Positions 26,813-36,424 of a stretch of DNA of 47,306 bases are shown here, piece after piece (within the stretch, counting starts at the first letter, position 1; every line of letters begins with the position of its first letter). Position numbers and translations under genes: made by a program. This DNA is from Flavobacteriales bacterium (lineage in GTDB: Bacteria; Bacteroidota; Bacteroidia; Flavobacteriales_F; PHOS-HE28). The notes below the pieces were generated by a model. That model had not been told where the DNA came from and did no database searches. It was given only the letters and a program-made list of their open reading frames with translations. The DNA lies in assembly GCA_017998165.1 (NCBI GenBank), contig JAGODO010000002.1:1-47306 (forward strand), in the 5' to 3' direction.

Positions 26813-27751
26813 CTAGGCGGCTTTGCGCTTGGCCTTCTTCGCCGCGTAGGCCATGGCCGCTTCGCGCACCCAGGCACCTTCGGTGTGGGCCTTGTTGCGC
26901 GCGGTCAGGCGCTCTTTGTTGCAGGGACCATTACCCGCCACCACGTTGTTGAACTCGGTCCAGTCGATCTTGCCCCAGTCGTAGTGGTTGGTGGCCGAGT
27001 TCCACTTCAGTTCCGGATCGGGGATCGTGAGGCCGATCACTTCCGCCTGCTGCACGGTGCGGTCGATGAAGATCTGGCGCAGTTCATCGTTGCTCTGGCG
27101 CTTGATCTTCCACTTCATGCTCTCGGCACTGTGGGGGCTGTTGGCATCGCTGGGGCCGAACATCATCAGGCTCGGCCACCACCAGCGGTCCAATGCATCC
27201 TGCGCCATTTCGCGTTGCTCCGGCGTGCCCTTGGCCAGGACGCCCATGATCTCATAGCCCTGGCGCTGGTGGAAGCTCTCCTCCTTGCAGATGCGCACCA
27301 TCGCGCGCGCGTAGGGGCCGTAGCTCGTGCGGCAAAGCATGACCTGGTTCATGATGGCGGCACCATCCACCAGCCAGCCCACCGCACCGATATCGGCCCA
27401 TGTGAGGGTAGGGTAGTTGAAGATGCTGCTGTACTTGGCCTTGCCGCTGTTCAACGCATCGATGGTCTCTTCACGGGAAGTGCCGAGCGTTTCACAAGCG
27501 CTGTAGAGGTACAGCCCATGGCCGGCTTCGTCCTGCACTTTCGCCAAGAGGATGGCCTTGCGCCGCAGGTTCGGGGCGCGGGTGATCCAGTTGCCTTCCG
27601 GCAGCATGCCCACCACCTCGCTGTGCGCGTGCTGACTGATCTGCCGGACCAGTGTCTTGCGGTACTTCTCCGGCATCCAGTCCTTGGGCTCGATCTTCAG
27701 TTCGGCGTCGACCTTGGCTTGGAACTGTTCCTCCAGTTTGGTGCTGTCCAT
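26813..27751 (-). CDS. paaA: Phenylacetyl-CoA 1,2-epoxidase catalytic subunit PaaA (di-iron)
   Basis: Start re-picked at ATG 27751 ([11 protein letters not shown]). [27 protein letters not shown] and [11 protein letters not shown] are the E-x-x-H di-iron ligand motifs of PaaA. Confidence 0.9.
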   Translation of the reverse strand: MDSTKLEEQFQAKVDAELKIEPKDWMPEKYRKTLVRQISQHAHSEVVGMLPEGNWITRAPNLRRKAILLAKVQDEAGHGLYLYSACETLGTSREETIDALNSGKAKYSSIFNYPTLTWADIGAVGWLVDGAAIMNQVMLCRTSYGPYARAMVRICKEESFHQRQGYEIMGVLAKGTPEQREMAQDALDRWWWPSLMMFGPSDANSPHSAESMKWKIKRQSNDELRQIFIDRTVQQAEVIGLTIPDPELKWNSATNHYDWGKIDWTEFNNVVAGNGPCNKERLTARNKAHTEGAWVREAAMAYAAKKAKRKAA

Positions 27752-27770
27752 CAGGTTGTGTGCTGAGCGT

Positions 27771-27888
27771 GGCGAAAATAGGGGAGGACGCCCCGCCGGG
27801 AACGGACGAACGTCAGGTGATGAACGATCGGGGCCTCGTGGCTGTTCATGCACGTCACCCCCGCACAAGATACCCCGCTATTTTCGCC
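27771..27888. promoter_or_regulatory. Divergent paaA / paaE control region bounded by a perfect 11-bp inverted repeat containing -7-box-like TATTTTCG
   Basis: GGCGAAAATAG (27771-27781) and CTATTTTCGCC (27878-27888) are exact reverse complements. Read in the direction of each gene, both give CTATTTTCGCC about 20-30 nt upstream of the respective ATG (27751 minus strand, 27917 plus strand). TATTTTCG resembles the Bacteroidota -7 element TAnnTTTG. Confidence 0.4.
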
Positions 27889-27916
27889 GACCCTGATGAA
27901 CCCACCATCCGCCCGC

Positions 27917-28999
27917 ATGGCCCGCTTCCATTCCCTACAGGTCGCTGACGTGAAACAAGAAACGGCGGACGCCATCGTGGTAAGCCTGCGCGTACCCGCC
28001 GAGTTGAAACCGGAGTTCGCGTTCATCCATGGGCAGTACCTCACGTTGAAACTCTTCGTGAACAATGAAGAGTTGCGCCGGAGCTACAGTATCTGCAGCA
28101 GCCCGCTGGATACGGATGAGATCCGGATAGCGGTGAAAAAAGTATCGGGCGGACGTGCCTCCACACAGCTCGTGGACAAGCTGAAGCCGGGCATGACCCT
28201 GGACGTGATGACCCCGATGGGCAACTTCCACACGGCGCTGGACCCGGCGAACGCCAAGCATTACGTCGCTTTTGCCGCAGGAAGCGGCATCACGCCCATC
28301 CTGAGCATCCTGAAGACGGTGCTACGTACAGAGCCGAAGAGCCGCTTCACCCTGTTCTATGGCAATTCGGACGTGGACCGCATCATCTTCCGCGAGCGGT
28401 TGGTAGAACTCAAGGCCCACCACCCCGACCGGCTGGACGTTCACCACATCCTCACCAAGGGAGTGGACGAGGACAAGCTGTTCAACGGGCGTATCACGGC
28501 GGACAAGGCGAAGGAGCTGATCGGGCGTTTCCTTACCGACGCCCTGCACAAGGAGTTCTTCATCTGTGGCCCCGAGCAGATGATGGTGAACGTGAGCGAA
28601 GCCCTTGAAAAGACCGGTGTGCCCAAGAAGCAGATCCATATCGAACTCTTCAATACCCCGGTCAGCACGGATGCGAAGAAAGGGACGGCACACGCCACCT
28701 CTCCCAGCGCATCAGGGCGATCGTCTGTGAAAGTGGTGCTCGACGGCCGGGAGCACGAGATCGAGATGGACCCCAAGGGTGATGCCGTGCTCGATGCCGC
28801 GATCGACGCCGGCTTGGACGTGCCCTATGCCTGCAAAGGGGCCGTATGCTGCACCTGTAAGGCCCGCGTGCTGGAGGGACAGGTGGAGATGGCCATGAAC
28901 TACGCGCTCACCGATGAAGAGGTCGCCGACGGCTACGTGCTCACCTGCCAGACCCATCCGCGCAGCCCGCGCGTGGTGATCGACTACGATCAGCACTGA
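27917..28999 (+). CDS. paaE: Phenylacetyl-CoA epoxidase reductase subunit PaaE (FNR-like FAD/NAD domain + plant-type 2Fe-2S ferredoxin)
   Basis: Start re-picked at ATG 27917 (MARFHSLQVADV). RSYSICS (RxYS FAD motif), GSGITP (NAD), and C-terminal CKGAVCCTCKARV 2Fe-2S ligands. Confidence 0.85.
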   Translation: MARFHSLQVADVKQETADAIVVSLRVPAELKPEFAFIHGQYLTLKLFVNNEELRRSYSICSSPLDTDEIRIAVKKVSGGRASTQLVDKLKPGMTLDVMTPMGNFHTALDPANAKHYVAFAAGSGITPILSILKTVLRTEPKSRFTLFYGNSDVDRIIFRERLVELKAHHPDRLDVHHILTKGVDEDKLFNGRITADKAKELIGRFLTDALHKEFFICGPEQMMVNVSEALEKTGVPKKQIHIELFNTPVSTDAKKGTAHATSPSASGRSSVKVVLDGREHEIEMDPKGDAVLDAAIDAGLDVPYACKGAVCCTCKARVLEGQVEMAMNYALTDEEVADGYVLTCQTHPRSPRVVIDYDQH

Positions 29000-29006
29000 A
29001 AATGGA

Positions 29007-29033
29007 GAACGGACATCGTGCTGATGTCCGTTC
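29007..29033. terminator. Hairpin between convergent paaE and the downstream minus-strand gene
   Basis: Perfect 11-bp stem GAACGGACATC / GATGTCCGTTC with loop GTGCT, starting 8 nt after the paaE stop. Confidence 0.6.
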
Positions 29034-29068
29034 AAGAGGTCGCCTGCCGATGAAGGCGGCGGCGTGGT

Positions 29069-29617
29069 CTACTTGGTATCCATCTGGGCGCCCAGCAGGG
29101 CCATCTTGAGCTGGATGTTGGCCAAGTACGCATCGTTGTGGGCGAAGCTCTCCTTGGGGCCATCCCATTGGATGATCGCGCTCGGGAAATCCAGATAGAA
29201 CTGGTCGCCATAAGCGAATTTGTCCGATGCCTCGAGATTGATCGCGAAGGAGGTGGACTTGTACTTCATCTGTTCCTCCGGCAGGCGCGTGTCGATCACC
29301 ACGGTCTTGTCCCTGTAACCCTCCTTGCTCGCACGCACCGTGTAGTAGCAGTCCATATCGAGGTCGAGAAGGAAGGACGATTTCTTTTTTTCCGGGCTCA
29401 GTTCGAACGCCTCACCATTGTCCTTGAACACCGTGAGGGTGATCATGTCGGAGGGCCCACCGTTGGCGGTCACATGGCACTCCACCGGCAGGTACATCTC
29501 TTTGTGCGGCCCTTCCTGCGTGTTCCTGTCCTTGTTCTTGTTCTTGCTTTTGTTCTGTGCGTTCGCGCTGCCGACAAGCGAAAGAGCGGCACAGAGCGGG
29601 AGGATTCGAAGGAGCAT
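29069..29617 (-). CDS. Secreted hypothetical protein with Lys/Asn-rich linker
   Basis: 182 aa. Signal peptide MLLRILPLCAALSLVGSANAQ followed by low-complexity NKSKNKNKDRN. Visibly lower GC than the neighbours. No family recognised. Confidence 0.6.
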   Translation of the reverse strand: MLLRILPLCAALSLVGSANAQNKSKNKNKDRNTQEGPHKEMYLPVECHVTANGGPSDMITLTVFKDNGEAFELSPEKKKSSFLLDLDMDCYYTVRASKEGYRDKTVVIDTRLPEEQMKYKSTSFAINLEASDKFAYGDQFYLDFPSAIIQWDGPKESFAHNDAYLANIQLKMALLGAQMDTK

Positions 29618-29666
29618 GATCCGATGGTTCTGCGGTTTTTACGCTGGGTCGCCGTTCAGGGTTCTG

Positions 29667-31199
29667 TCAGCCGGCTTTGCGCAGGGTCGCGGCACCCGCC
29701 GCGCCCGGAAAACGGAGATACACCGTCGCGCCTTCGCCCTCGCACGCTTCGGCCCAGCATGCACCACCGTGTTTCTGCACGATGCGTTGCACGATGGCCA
29801 GGCCGATGCCCGTTCCCTCGAACTCGTCGCTCTTGTGCAGCCGTTTGAACACGCCGAAGAGCTGCTCGCTCTTCTGCGCGTTGAAGCCGATGCCGTTGTC
29901 GCTGATCCTGATCACATGGTCGTCTTCCTGAACGGAATGGGATATGCCGATCCGGGCCTGGTCACGGGTGCGCGTGAATTTCAGCGCGTTCGAGATCACG
30001 TTGTTCAGGACCACCTGCAGCATGGCCTTGTCGGCCGGAACGATCGCGAGTCCCGCATCCGGCATGGTGATCTCCACACGGCGATCCCTCAGGTCGAGCG
30101 TCCCGAGGCATTCGATCACGGCTTCGCGCAAGTCCACCTCCGAGCGATGGACCTGCTGCGTATCGGTACGCGCGAAGCGCAGAAGGTCATCCACCAGTGC
30201 GATCAGACGGGACGTACTGCGATGGATCCGTTCGCTGACGTCACCGATCTCCCCGTCCTTCCGGGCGCGGGCGAGTTCGCTCAGGTGGTCCGTAAGGGAC
30301 CTCATGCCTTTGAGCGGTGAGCGCAGGTCGTGGGCCACGGAATACGAGAATGCTCCAAGGTCATCGAGCGCCTCCATCAACTGTTTTGTGCGCACGGCCA
30401 CACGCCGGTCCAGATCGTGGTTCAATTTCTTCAACCTCGACTCTTCCTGTTTGCGGTCAGTGATGTCCTTGATGATGGCCTGGAACAGCGCCTTGCCATC
30501 CGCCGTCCGTCCTTGATAGGTCGCGGTCATCAGGCAGTCCAGCGTGGCTCCTTGCGGTGTCCGCAACGTGATGTCCACGTTCGTGAAGGCCTTGCCATCC
30601 TGATGCTTTCCCATCGCTTCCAGCAGCGCCTGATGTTCCAGTACGAACGGAGCGATTTCCGAGCCCATTAGTTCGCTCCGATCCACGCCCATCAAACGTT
30701 CGGCGGCCGGATTCACGTCCTGGAGCCGGCCCGTCTCGTCCGCGATCACGATCGGGTCACCGGCCGAATCGAACACTTGCCGGTAGCGCTGGAAGAGCCT
30801 CTCGCGTTCGGCGCGGAGGGCGTGTACCTCATAGGCCTGTTCGATGCGGAGCTTCAGATCGATCGGGTCCCAGGGTTTGGTGATGTAGGCGTGGATACCG
30901 CCCTTGTTCACCGCGTCGATGACCGCCTCGATGTCCGAAAAACCGGTGAGCATGATGCGGATCGCGCGGGGATGGCTCTCGCGCACCTTCGCCAGGAACT
31001 CGGCCCCGCTCATGACCGGCATCCGCTGATCGCTGATCACCACATGCGCCGGGGCTGCCTCCAAAAGAGCCAGTCCTTCCGCCGCGCTGCTCGCTGTGCG
31101 CACATCGAATTCCCGCCGGAAACCGGCCCGGAAGGCCATGAGGTTACCCTCCTCGTCGTCAACGTAGAGGACTTTGATGCGTTCGTCCGGGTTGCTCAT
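29667..31199 (-). CDS. Hybrid sensor: N-terminal receiver + PAS + HisKA + HATPase_c histidine kinase
   Basis: 510 aa. REC (KVLYVDDEEGNL..., VVISDQRMPVMSGAEFL), a PAS-like middle, H-box FSYSVAHDLRSPLKGM, and ATPase G-boxes (DNGIGF, GTGIGLAIV). ATGA overlap with the upstream kinase gene. Confidence 0.85.
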   Translation of the reverse strand: MSNPDERIKVLYVDDEEGNLMAFRAGFRREFDVRTASSAAEGLALLEAAPAHVVISDQRMPVMSGAEFLAKVRESHPRAIRIMLTGFSDIEAVIDAVNKGGIHAYITKPWDPIDLKLRIEQAYEVHALRAERERLFQRYRQVFDSAGDPIVIADETGRLQDVNPAAERLMGVDRSELMGSEIAPFVLEHQALLEAMGKHQDGKAFTNVDITLRTPQGATLDCLMTATYQGRTADGKALFQAIIKDITDRKQEESRLKKLNHDLDRRVAVRTKQLMEALDDLGAFSYSVAHDLRSPLKGMRSLTDHLSELARARKDGEIGDVSERIHRSTSRLIALVDDLLRFARTDTQQVHRSEVDLREAVIECLGTLDLRDRRVEITMPDAGLAIVPADKAMLQVVLNNVISNALKFTRTRDQARIGISHSVQEDDHVIRISDNGIGFNAQKSEQLFGVFKRLHKSDEFEGTGIGLAIVQRIVQKHGGACWAEACEGEGATVYLRFPGAAGAATLRKAG

Positions 31200-33313
31200 G
31201 CGCGCTTGGCCACGGCCATGGGTTGGGTGTTGGGCAGGATGATGCGGAACATGGAGCCTTCATTCTCCACGCTGTCCACCTCGATGCGTCCGTTGTGCTT
31301 CTCGATGATGCTGTGCGCGATCGACAGGCCGAGACCGGTTCCTTCGCCCACCGCCTTCGTGGTGAAGAAGGGCTCGAAGACCCGGGCCCGGACTTCCGGT
31401 TTCATGCCGATGCCGTTGTCCAGGATGGAGATCACCGTATGGCCTTCCGCCTGCTCGCTGATGACCCTGATCAGCCCGCCCTGTTCACCATGCCGTGCGA
31501 TCACCGCCTGCGTAGCGTTGTTCAGCATGTTCATGAACACCTGGTTCAACTTGCCGGGGAAACACTCCAGTACTTCCAGCGCGTTCAGTTGCAGTTCCAC
31601 CTGAACACGGTCCTTCAGCTGCGGCCCGAGGATGTTCAAGGTGCTGCGGATACCATCGTTCACATCCACGGACTTCAGATCACCTTCGTCCAGGCGGCTG
31701 AACGAACGGAGCCCGCGCACGATCTCGGCCGTCCGGTTCGCGCCTTCTTCCATGCTGTGAAGGATGTCGCCCACTTCCTTGATCGTCTCGTCCAGCCCCA
31801 ACTGTTGCTCCAAGGCGGCGACTTGTTGCGGGGCACCATGCGCGCGGTACGCGCCGAGCACCTCCAGCAGGTCCGCCATGTCCCGTTTCAGCGGAGGTAT
31901 GTTGCTTCGGATATAGTTGATCGGGTTGTTGATCTCGTGTGCGATACCCGCCGTAAGCTGACCGAGTGAAGACATCTTCTCGGCCTCCACCAACTGGCTC
32001 TGCGCCTGCTTCAACTGGTCGAGGCTTTGTTGCAACTGCTCGGTGCGCTCGGTCACCTTCTGCTCCAGGATCACGTTCTGGTCGCGGGTGATGCGGGCAT
32101 TCTCCTGGGCGGAAGCCAGCGCCTGGGCCTGCGACTGTTCTTTCTCCTTGCGCAGGATGTTGATCCGGTCGGCCAGACCGAAGCTGAGCAACACGCCTTC
32201 GATCACCGAGCCCACGGGCATGGCATAGATGGTCCATGTGTTGTACGGCAGAACGCCTTCGTCCTTCAAGACGAAGAGCACGACGCCGATAAGGAAGCCC
32301 GACCACGCCAGCAGGAAGAAGCGCGCCTGCCTCGATCCACGGCGCACCGCGACGATGGACATGGCGAGCAGGTACATGGCCGACATGCCCGACGCCATCT
32401 GTCCGACCTTGTAGCCGACCCAGGGATCACCGAACATGAACAGGACAGCTATCGCGCCGAGCACCAGGTACACGATGGGGGTCAAGCGGTGCAGGACCGG
32501 CGTATATGCACGGGTATTGATGAAGCCCTTCGCGAATTCGAATCCAAGGGGAATGGCCACGAGTGAGAACAGCAGGCTCGCCCTGGGGGTCAGCCATTCG
32601 CTTTGAGCGACCAGGTCGAAGGGGCCATACCCCTGCAGGGATAGTTGGGCCGCGCATACGGTAACGGTGGACAGCACGTAGAGGAAGTAGTTGCGGTCCC
32701 GTGTACTGAGGAAGATGAAGAAGTTGTACAGGGCCAGCACGAGCATGATGCCGACATACGCACCGATGGCCGGATAGCGTGCCGTCACCAGCCGTTCGAT
32801 CGCCGCGGAGGTCCCCAGCATCATGGCCGCGTGGATGGGCTTGAAGCTGCGCATGCGCACTACAACCTCGGCCTTTTCCCCTGGTTCGAGCGGGAGCGGG
32901 AAGGCGTACTCACCTTGTGAGCGCATCGTGTCCCCGTCCATGCGCGCCAATCCCGACCTCGCGATCTGCTCGTAAGCGCCCTCGCGGTGGAGGTACACAT
33001 CGAGTTCATCGATGGCCGCATACGGGATACCGATGGAGACCATGCGCCGGTCGCTCTCGTTGCTCACCCCGAACCTCAGCCAGTGAGCGGTCTTGCTCAG
33101 CGCGAAACGGGGAATGGCCGTGCTCTGCTCCAGAGCGCCGAATTCACTGGGAAGCTCGCCTGCCTGGAGGGTCCCGGTGGTATCCGCGAAGTATCGCGCG
33201 GCTCCTCCGACCGGTCCGACAACACCTGCGCCGTGGATGATGACCTGGCCGCAAGCGTCGGACTTGGCCACACAGAGGGAGGCCGAAAAAAGCAGGATGG
33301 TGAACGGTCGCAT
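31196..33313 (-). CDS. 7TMR-DISM type sensor histidine kinase (extracellular DISMED2-like domain, 7 TM, HisKA, HATPase_c)
   Basis: 705 aa. A signal peptide, then a ~170-aa extracytoplasmic domain, seven hydrophobic helices, a coiled coil, H-box LTAGIAHEINNPINYI, and an ATPase (DNGIGM, GTGLGLSIA). Confidence 0.85.
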   Translation of the reverse strand: MRPFTILLFSASLCVAKSDACGQVIIHGAGVVGPVGGAARYFADTTGTLQAGELPSEFGALEQSTAIPRFALSKTAHWLRFGVSNESDRRMVSIGIPYAAIDELDVYLHREGAYEQIARSGLARMDGDTMRSQGEYAFPLPLEPGEKAEVVVRMRSFKPIHAAMMLGTSAAIERLVTARYPAIGAYVGIMLVLALYNFFIFLSTRDRNYFLYVLSTVTVCAAQLSLQGYGPFDLVAQSEWLTPRASLLFSLVAIPLGFEFAKGFINTRAYTPVLHRLTPIVYLVLGAIAVLFMFGDPWVGYKVGQMASGMSAMYLLAMSIVAVRRGSRQARFFLLAWSGFLIGVVLFVLKDEGVLPYNTWTIYAMPVGSVIEGVLLSFGLADRINILRKEKEQSQAQALASAQENARITRDQNVILEQKVTERTEQLQQSLDQLKQAQSQLVEAEKMSSLGQLTAGIAHEINNPINYIRSNIPPLKRDMADLLEVLGAYRAHGAPQQVAALEQQLGLDETIKEVGDILHSMEEGANRTAEIVRGLRSFSRLDEGDLKSVDVNDGIRSTLNILGPQLKDRVQVELQLNALEVLECFPGKLNQVFMNMLNNATQAVIARHGEQGGLIRVISEQAEGHTVISILDNGIGMKPEVRARVFEPFFTTKAVGEGTGLGLSIAHSIIEKHNGRIEVDSVENEGSMFRIILPNTQPMAVAKRA

Positions 33314-33356
33314 GGCGCGCTTGTACGCGCCCTTCCATGCCTCGCGTTACATCCGG

Positions 33357-34100
33357 TCAGGCGGCCCAGTGCTCGCGGAGCGGATCACCGTTGCGCCCGA
33401 TGGACATTCCCTCCAACCACACGTCGTAACTCACTTCCAATGGGCGGCCTTTGGGCTTCTCGGACCTGCGCTGGCAGGGGTGGAGGCGCAAGCTGAGTAT
33501 CCGGTGGCGCTCCCGATCGTCAGCGTCCATCAACGCGGTGAGATCGCGGATGGACATGGCGTGCGACCGCATATCGCCCAAGGGATAGGCGAACACGCCT
33601 TTCTCACCGATCTCCGCGATCTCCTTGAAGCCGACGCGGGTGGTCCACGGAACAACGTATTCGGCCGCGACACACATCAAGGTCCGGGTTCCGAGCTGGC
33701 CAGCAAGGGCCACTCCTGCGGAGATGAGCAGCAACGGCACACCACGGCCCGCGAAACGGTGCGCGTTCCACAGTCCGGCGATCTCCGCCCGCTCGCCCAG
33801 GTCCAGCCCGGCGATCCGACCGGGCACGGTCCCGTCGATCTTGGCCAACGACCTCTCCATGGGCAATCCGGACGTTCCCGGGCTGAGATGCAATCGCATG
33901 CCGGCCACCATGTCCAGCGTTGGATGCTCCGCGACGACCACTACCACGTTCGGGTCAACGCACCAATCGATCTCGGGCAATACGACGCTGGTGACACCGA
34001 TCTCGTCCAGTACGCGCAGATGCTCCATCAGGTAGCGTGCGCAACGCAGCTTGTCGTCCACGGCCCTGAAAGCCCTGATAGTGATCTGTTCCGCATTCAT
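33357..34100 (-). CDS. GNAT-fold acyltransferase-like protein of unknown specificity
   Basis: 247 aa. VVVVAEHPTLDMVAGMRLHL followed by AEIAGLWNAHRFAGRGVPLLLISAGVALA (R-x-x-G-x-G acyl-CoA loop) suggests a GNAT / N-acyl amino acid synthase-like fold. ATGA overlap with the upstream E1-nitroreductase gene. Confidence 0.55.
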   Translation of the reverse strand: MNAEQITIRAFRAVDDKLRCARYLMEHLRVLDEIGVTSVVLPEIDWCVDPNVVVVVAEHPTLDMVAGMRLHLSPGTSGLPMERSLAKIDGTVPGRIAGLDLGERAEIAGLWNAHRFAGRGVPLLLISAGVALAGQLGTRTLMCVAAEYVVPWTTRVGFKEIAEIGEKGVFAYPLGDMRSHAMSIRDLTALMDADDRERHRILSLRLHPCQRRSEKPKGRPLEVSYDVWLEGMSIGRNGDPLREHWAA

Positions 34101-36424
34101 GCGTGTACCGGTTGGTGGATGTGGAAGAATTCGTTCAAGGGTCGGCGAAGGCTTCGGACCGAGGGCGGTTCCGCGTGGCCGAGACGCAGCAGGAAGAACG
34201 GCTCGGAGGCATGGGCAGGGAAGTGGCTCAGCGATCCGATCAGGATGTCGGACAGTTCCTTCCGCTCATCCATGGAGTAGAGACCTCGGTGGTCGAAGCG
34301 CTCGTGCAATCCCATGAAAACAGGTGCTGAGATGGGTTGTACAGCCAGCCCCGCCTTCGTGGCGGCCAGCCAGAGACGTTGCACGGCACGACCGCCTTCC
34401 AAGGTGTTCTCCCGTGTGAACCCCGGGATCCGCACCAGTGCGATGGCCGCGGATGTGGCGATCACCTTCCGCGAGAATTTCTCGAATCCGCGCCCGCCTT
34501 TCCAATCGCGGAGCATGGCTACCGCCTCGGCATCGGCAGCGACGCTGATGCCTGTGCGGTCGGAAAGACCGAGGTCGAGCGTCCGGATGTCAACACCATC
34601 CCCGGTGCGTTCGGCTTCGGCCGGGGTCCACCGCATTTCCCGGGAGAACATGTCCAGGTGACTCGCTGGATTGAGCATACGCACCCGCTCGGCCGCTCCG
34701 CAAAGCGCCGCGATCTTCTCGATGACCGGGCGGCCGGTGACGATCTGTACAAGCGCTTCCGGTACCGTTTCGGTGACGGTATTGCGGAGTTCTTCCAGGA
34801 TCAGGGGATCAAGGTCCGCATTGCTCGCTACCCTTCTGTTCGTACAACGCATAGCGATCACCGCGCTCAGCGGGTCGGTCTGTGCCGTGGTCCCAGGAGA
34901 AGCGGTTGTTGCGATGGTCGCTATGAGTTCGGGCACCTCCTTGAACCCGTGCGTTCGGATGCTCAATGAAAGGCCGGCTTTCCCGGCTTCGAGACGCAAA
35001 TTCTCCAAGCAACAGCCCAGGGCCAGGTGGGCATAAATACCCCCTGGATCGATCGTGCTGAACGCGCGGGCGGGATCCATGAAAAGCAAAAGGCGGCCTT
35101 CGTACAGGAGGAAGCGCCAAGGCTGACTATTCCCACCGGACGGTGCGAGCGCCGCAGCCCTCACCAGACGCCGCGCGATATCCGGCCCGATCGCGATCGC
35201 GTCAGGGACCGCATGCGCGACCAGTTCAGCCGCGCGGACCATTTGGTCAACGCCCAAGGCGTCCGGGATGGCAAACGCTGGTGCTGCTGTATCCGTCTTC
35301 TCTCTGGCCGCGCTGTCCGTCACCAATTCCTCCAGGTCGACGAACCAACGTCCGCTCTCCCGGAACTGGCCCAAGGCGATGCGCCTCGCCGTATCGGCCC
35401 CCAACGCGCCTCCCAGCACCACGCTGCTCGCCAGTTGCGGCCATGTGGTCACACTGCTTTCGATCTCCAGCATGCTGGCCTTCATCCGCTTGCTGAGCGT
35501 GTCCACATTGAGAATGGGCAGCACAAAAGGCAGCTTCTCCTCGTTTGTCTTCGCCTTGGCCGCGTCATCCGGATCCAAGTGATCGATCAGCCCGTGCAGG
35601 ATGGGGCGGTCGGGTTCCAGGTCGAAGCGCTCCACGTCGAGCATCCCGCGATCGCTGGTGTCCATGATCACGGGGATCCGATGGGCTTTGGCCCGCTGCC
35701 GGCAGAGGATCTTCACGTCCACACTGTCGCACTCATCCACCAGCATGTCCAGCTTCCCGCCATCCGTGAGGAACGCATCGATGTTCTGGCGCGTGATGCC
35801 TTCGTTGAACAAGGTCACCTTCAGGAACGGATCGACCTCCGCGATCTCGCGCGCCACAATCACTGTTTTCAGGTTCCCCAAGCTTTGTACCCCGCTCCGG
35901 ATGCGGTTCAGGTTGCTCAGGTCCAGCGTGTCGAAGTCGGCTATGCGCAGTTCGCCGAAGCCGCGCTCCAGGGCAAGGGTCAGGCAGATGCTCTGGCCTA
36001 CGCTCAGCCCCACGACCCCGATCCGTAACCTTCCCAACTGTTCCTGTTCCTCCCTGGTGATCTTGTTCCGATTGCGGTCCGTACGCACCAGAGCGAACTC
36101 GGCCTCGTCCAGCAGATGGACCAGCCGTCCGGCCCATGGGTAGTGGACCCAAACGCCATAGTCCTGGTCCCGGACAGACCCCAAGTGGGCTTGTGCGGCC
36201 GCAGCGAGGTCGGCCTTGGCGAACTTGACCGAGGGATGGAGCGCGCGCACCAGTTCGGCGAGCTGCGCATGCAGTTCGTCATGCACCACGAGGGCGGGCG
36301 CACGCTTCAGCAGTTCATGCAGACGTTCCCGGTCGGCCGGGAGAGACAGCCTGAAGAACTCCGGCCGGTGGAGCATCCGGTCGGTTGCTGAAACGCGGGA
36401 GAGCGCTTCGAGCTTTAGGTCCAT
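34097..36424 (-). CDS. ThiF/MoeB-type E1-like adenylyltransferase domain fused to tandem nitroreductase-like domains (Rv1355c/MoeY-type architecture)
   Basis: 775 aa. RIGVVGLSVGQS...ELRIADFDTLDLSNLNRI is the E1 nucleotide-binding core (D-x-D...SNLNR). The C-terminal half has AALAPSGGNSQPWRF and a second degenerate nitroreductase lobe (GGRAVQRLWLAATKAGLAVQPIS). Confidence 0.8.
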   Translation of the reverse strand: MDLKLEALSRVSATDRMLHRPEFFRLSLPADRERLHELLKRAPALVVHDELHAQLAELVRALHPSVKFAKADLAAAAQAHLGSVRDQDYGVWVHYPWAGRLVHLLDEAEFALVRTDRNRNKITREEQEQLGRLRIGVVGLSVGQSICLTLALERGFGELRIADFDTLDLSNLNRIRSGVQSLGNLKTVIVAREIAEVDPFLKVTLFNEGITRQNIDAFLTDGGKLDMLVDECDSVDVKILCRQRAKAHRIPVIMDTSDRGMLDVERFDLEPDRPILHGLIDHLDPDDAAKAKTNEEKLPFVLPILNVDTLSKRMKASMLEIESSVTTWPQLASSVVLGGALGADTARRIALGQFRESGRWFVDLEELVTDSAAREKTDTAAPAFAIPDALGVDQMVRAAELVAHAVPDAIAIGPDIARRLVRAAALAPSGGNSQPWRFLLYEGRLLLFMDPARAFSTIDPGGIYAHLALGCCLENLRLEAGKAGLSLSIRTHGFKEVPELIATIATTASPGTTAQTDPLSAVIAMRCTNRRVASNADLDPLILEELRNTVTETVPEALVQIVTGRPVIEKIAALCGAAERVRMLNPASHLDMFSREMRWTPAEAERTGDGVDIRTLDLGLSDRTGISVAADAEAVAMLRDWKGGRGFEKFSRKVIATSAAIALVRIPGFTRENTLEGGRAVQRLWLAATKAGLAVQPISAPVFMGLHERFDHRGLYSMDERKELSDILIGSLSHFPAHASEPFFLLRLGHAEPPSVRSLRRPLNEFFHIHQPVHA

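Noticed and set aside
26307-27766. Plus-strand ORFs 26307..26816 and 26759..27766, and the N-terminal extension of paaB, translating as ...TTDNRQPTTDN...
   Set aside because: The peptide repeats are just the heptad DNA repeats read in frame. The ORFs are otherwise antisense to paaA/paaB. They are not collagen-like or repeat proteins.
33317-33334. Short GC hairpin GGCGCG-CTTGTA-CGCGCC near the start of the 7TMR-DISM kinase gene
   Set aside because: The stem is only 6 bp in a GC-rich background, so it is expected by chance and not reported as a regulatory feature.
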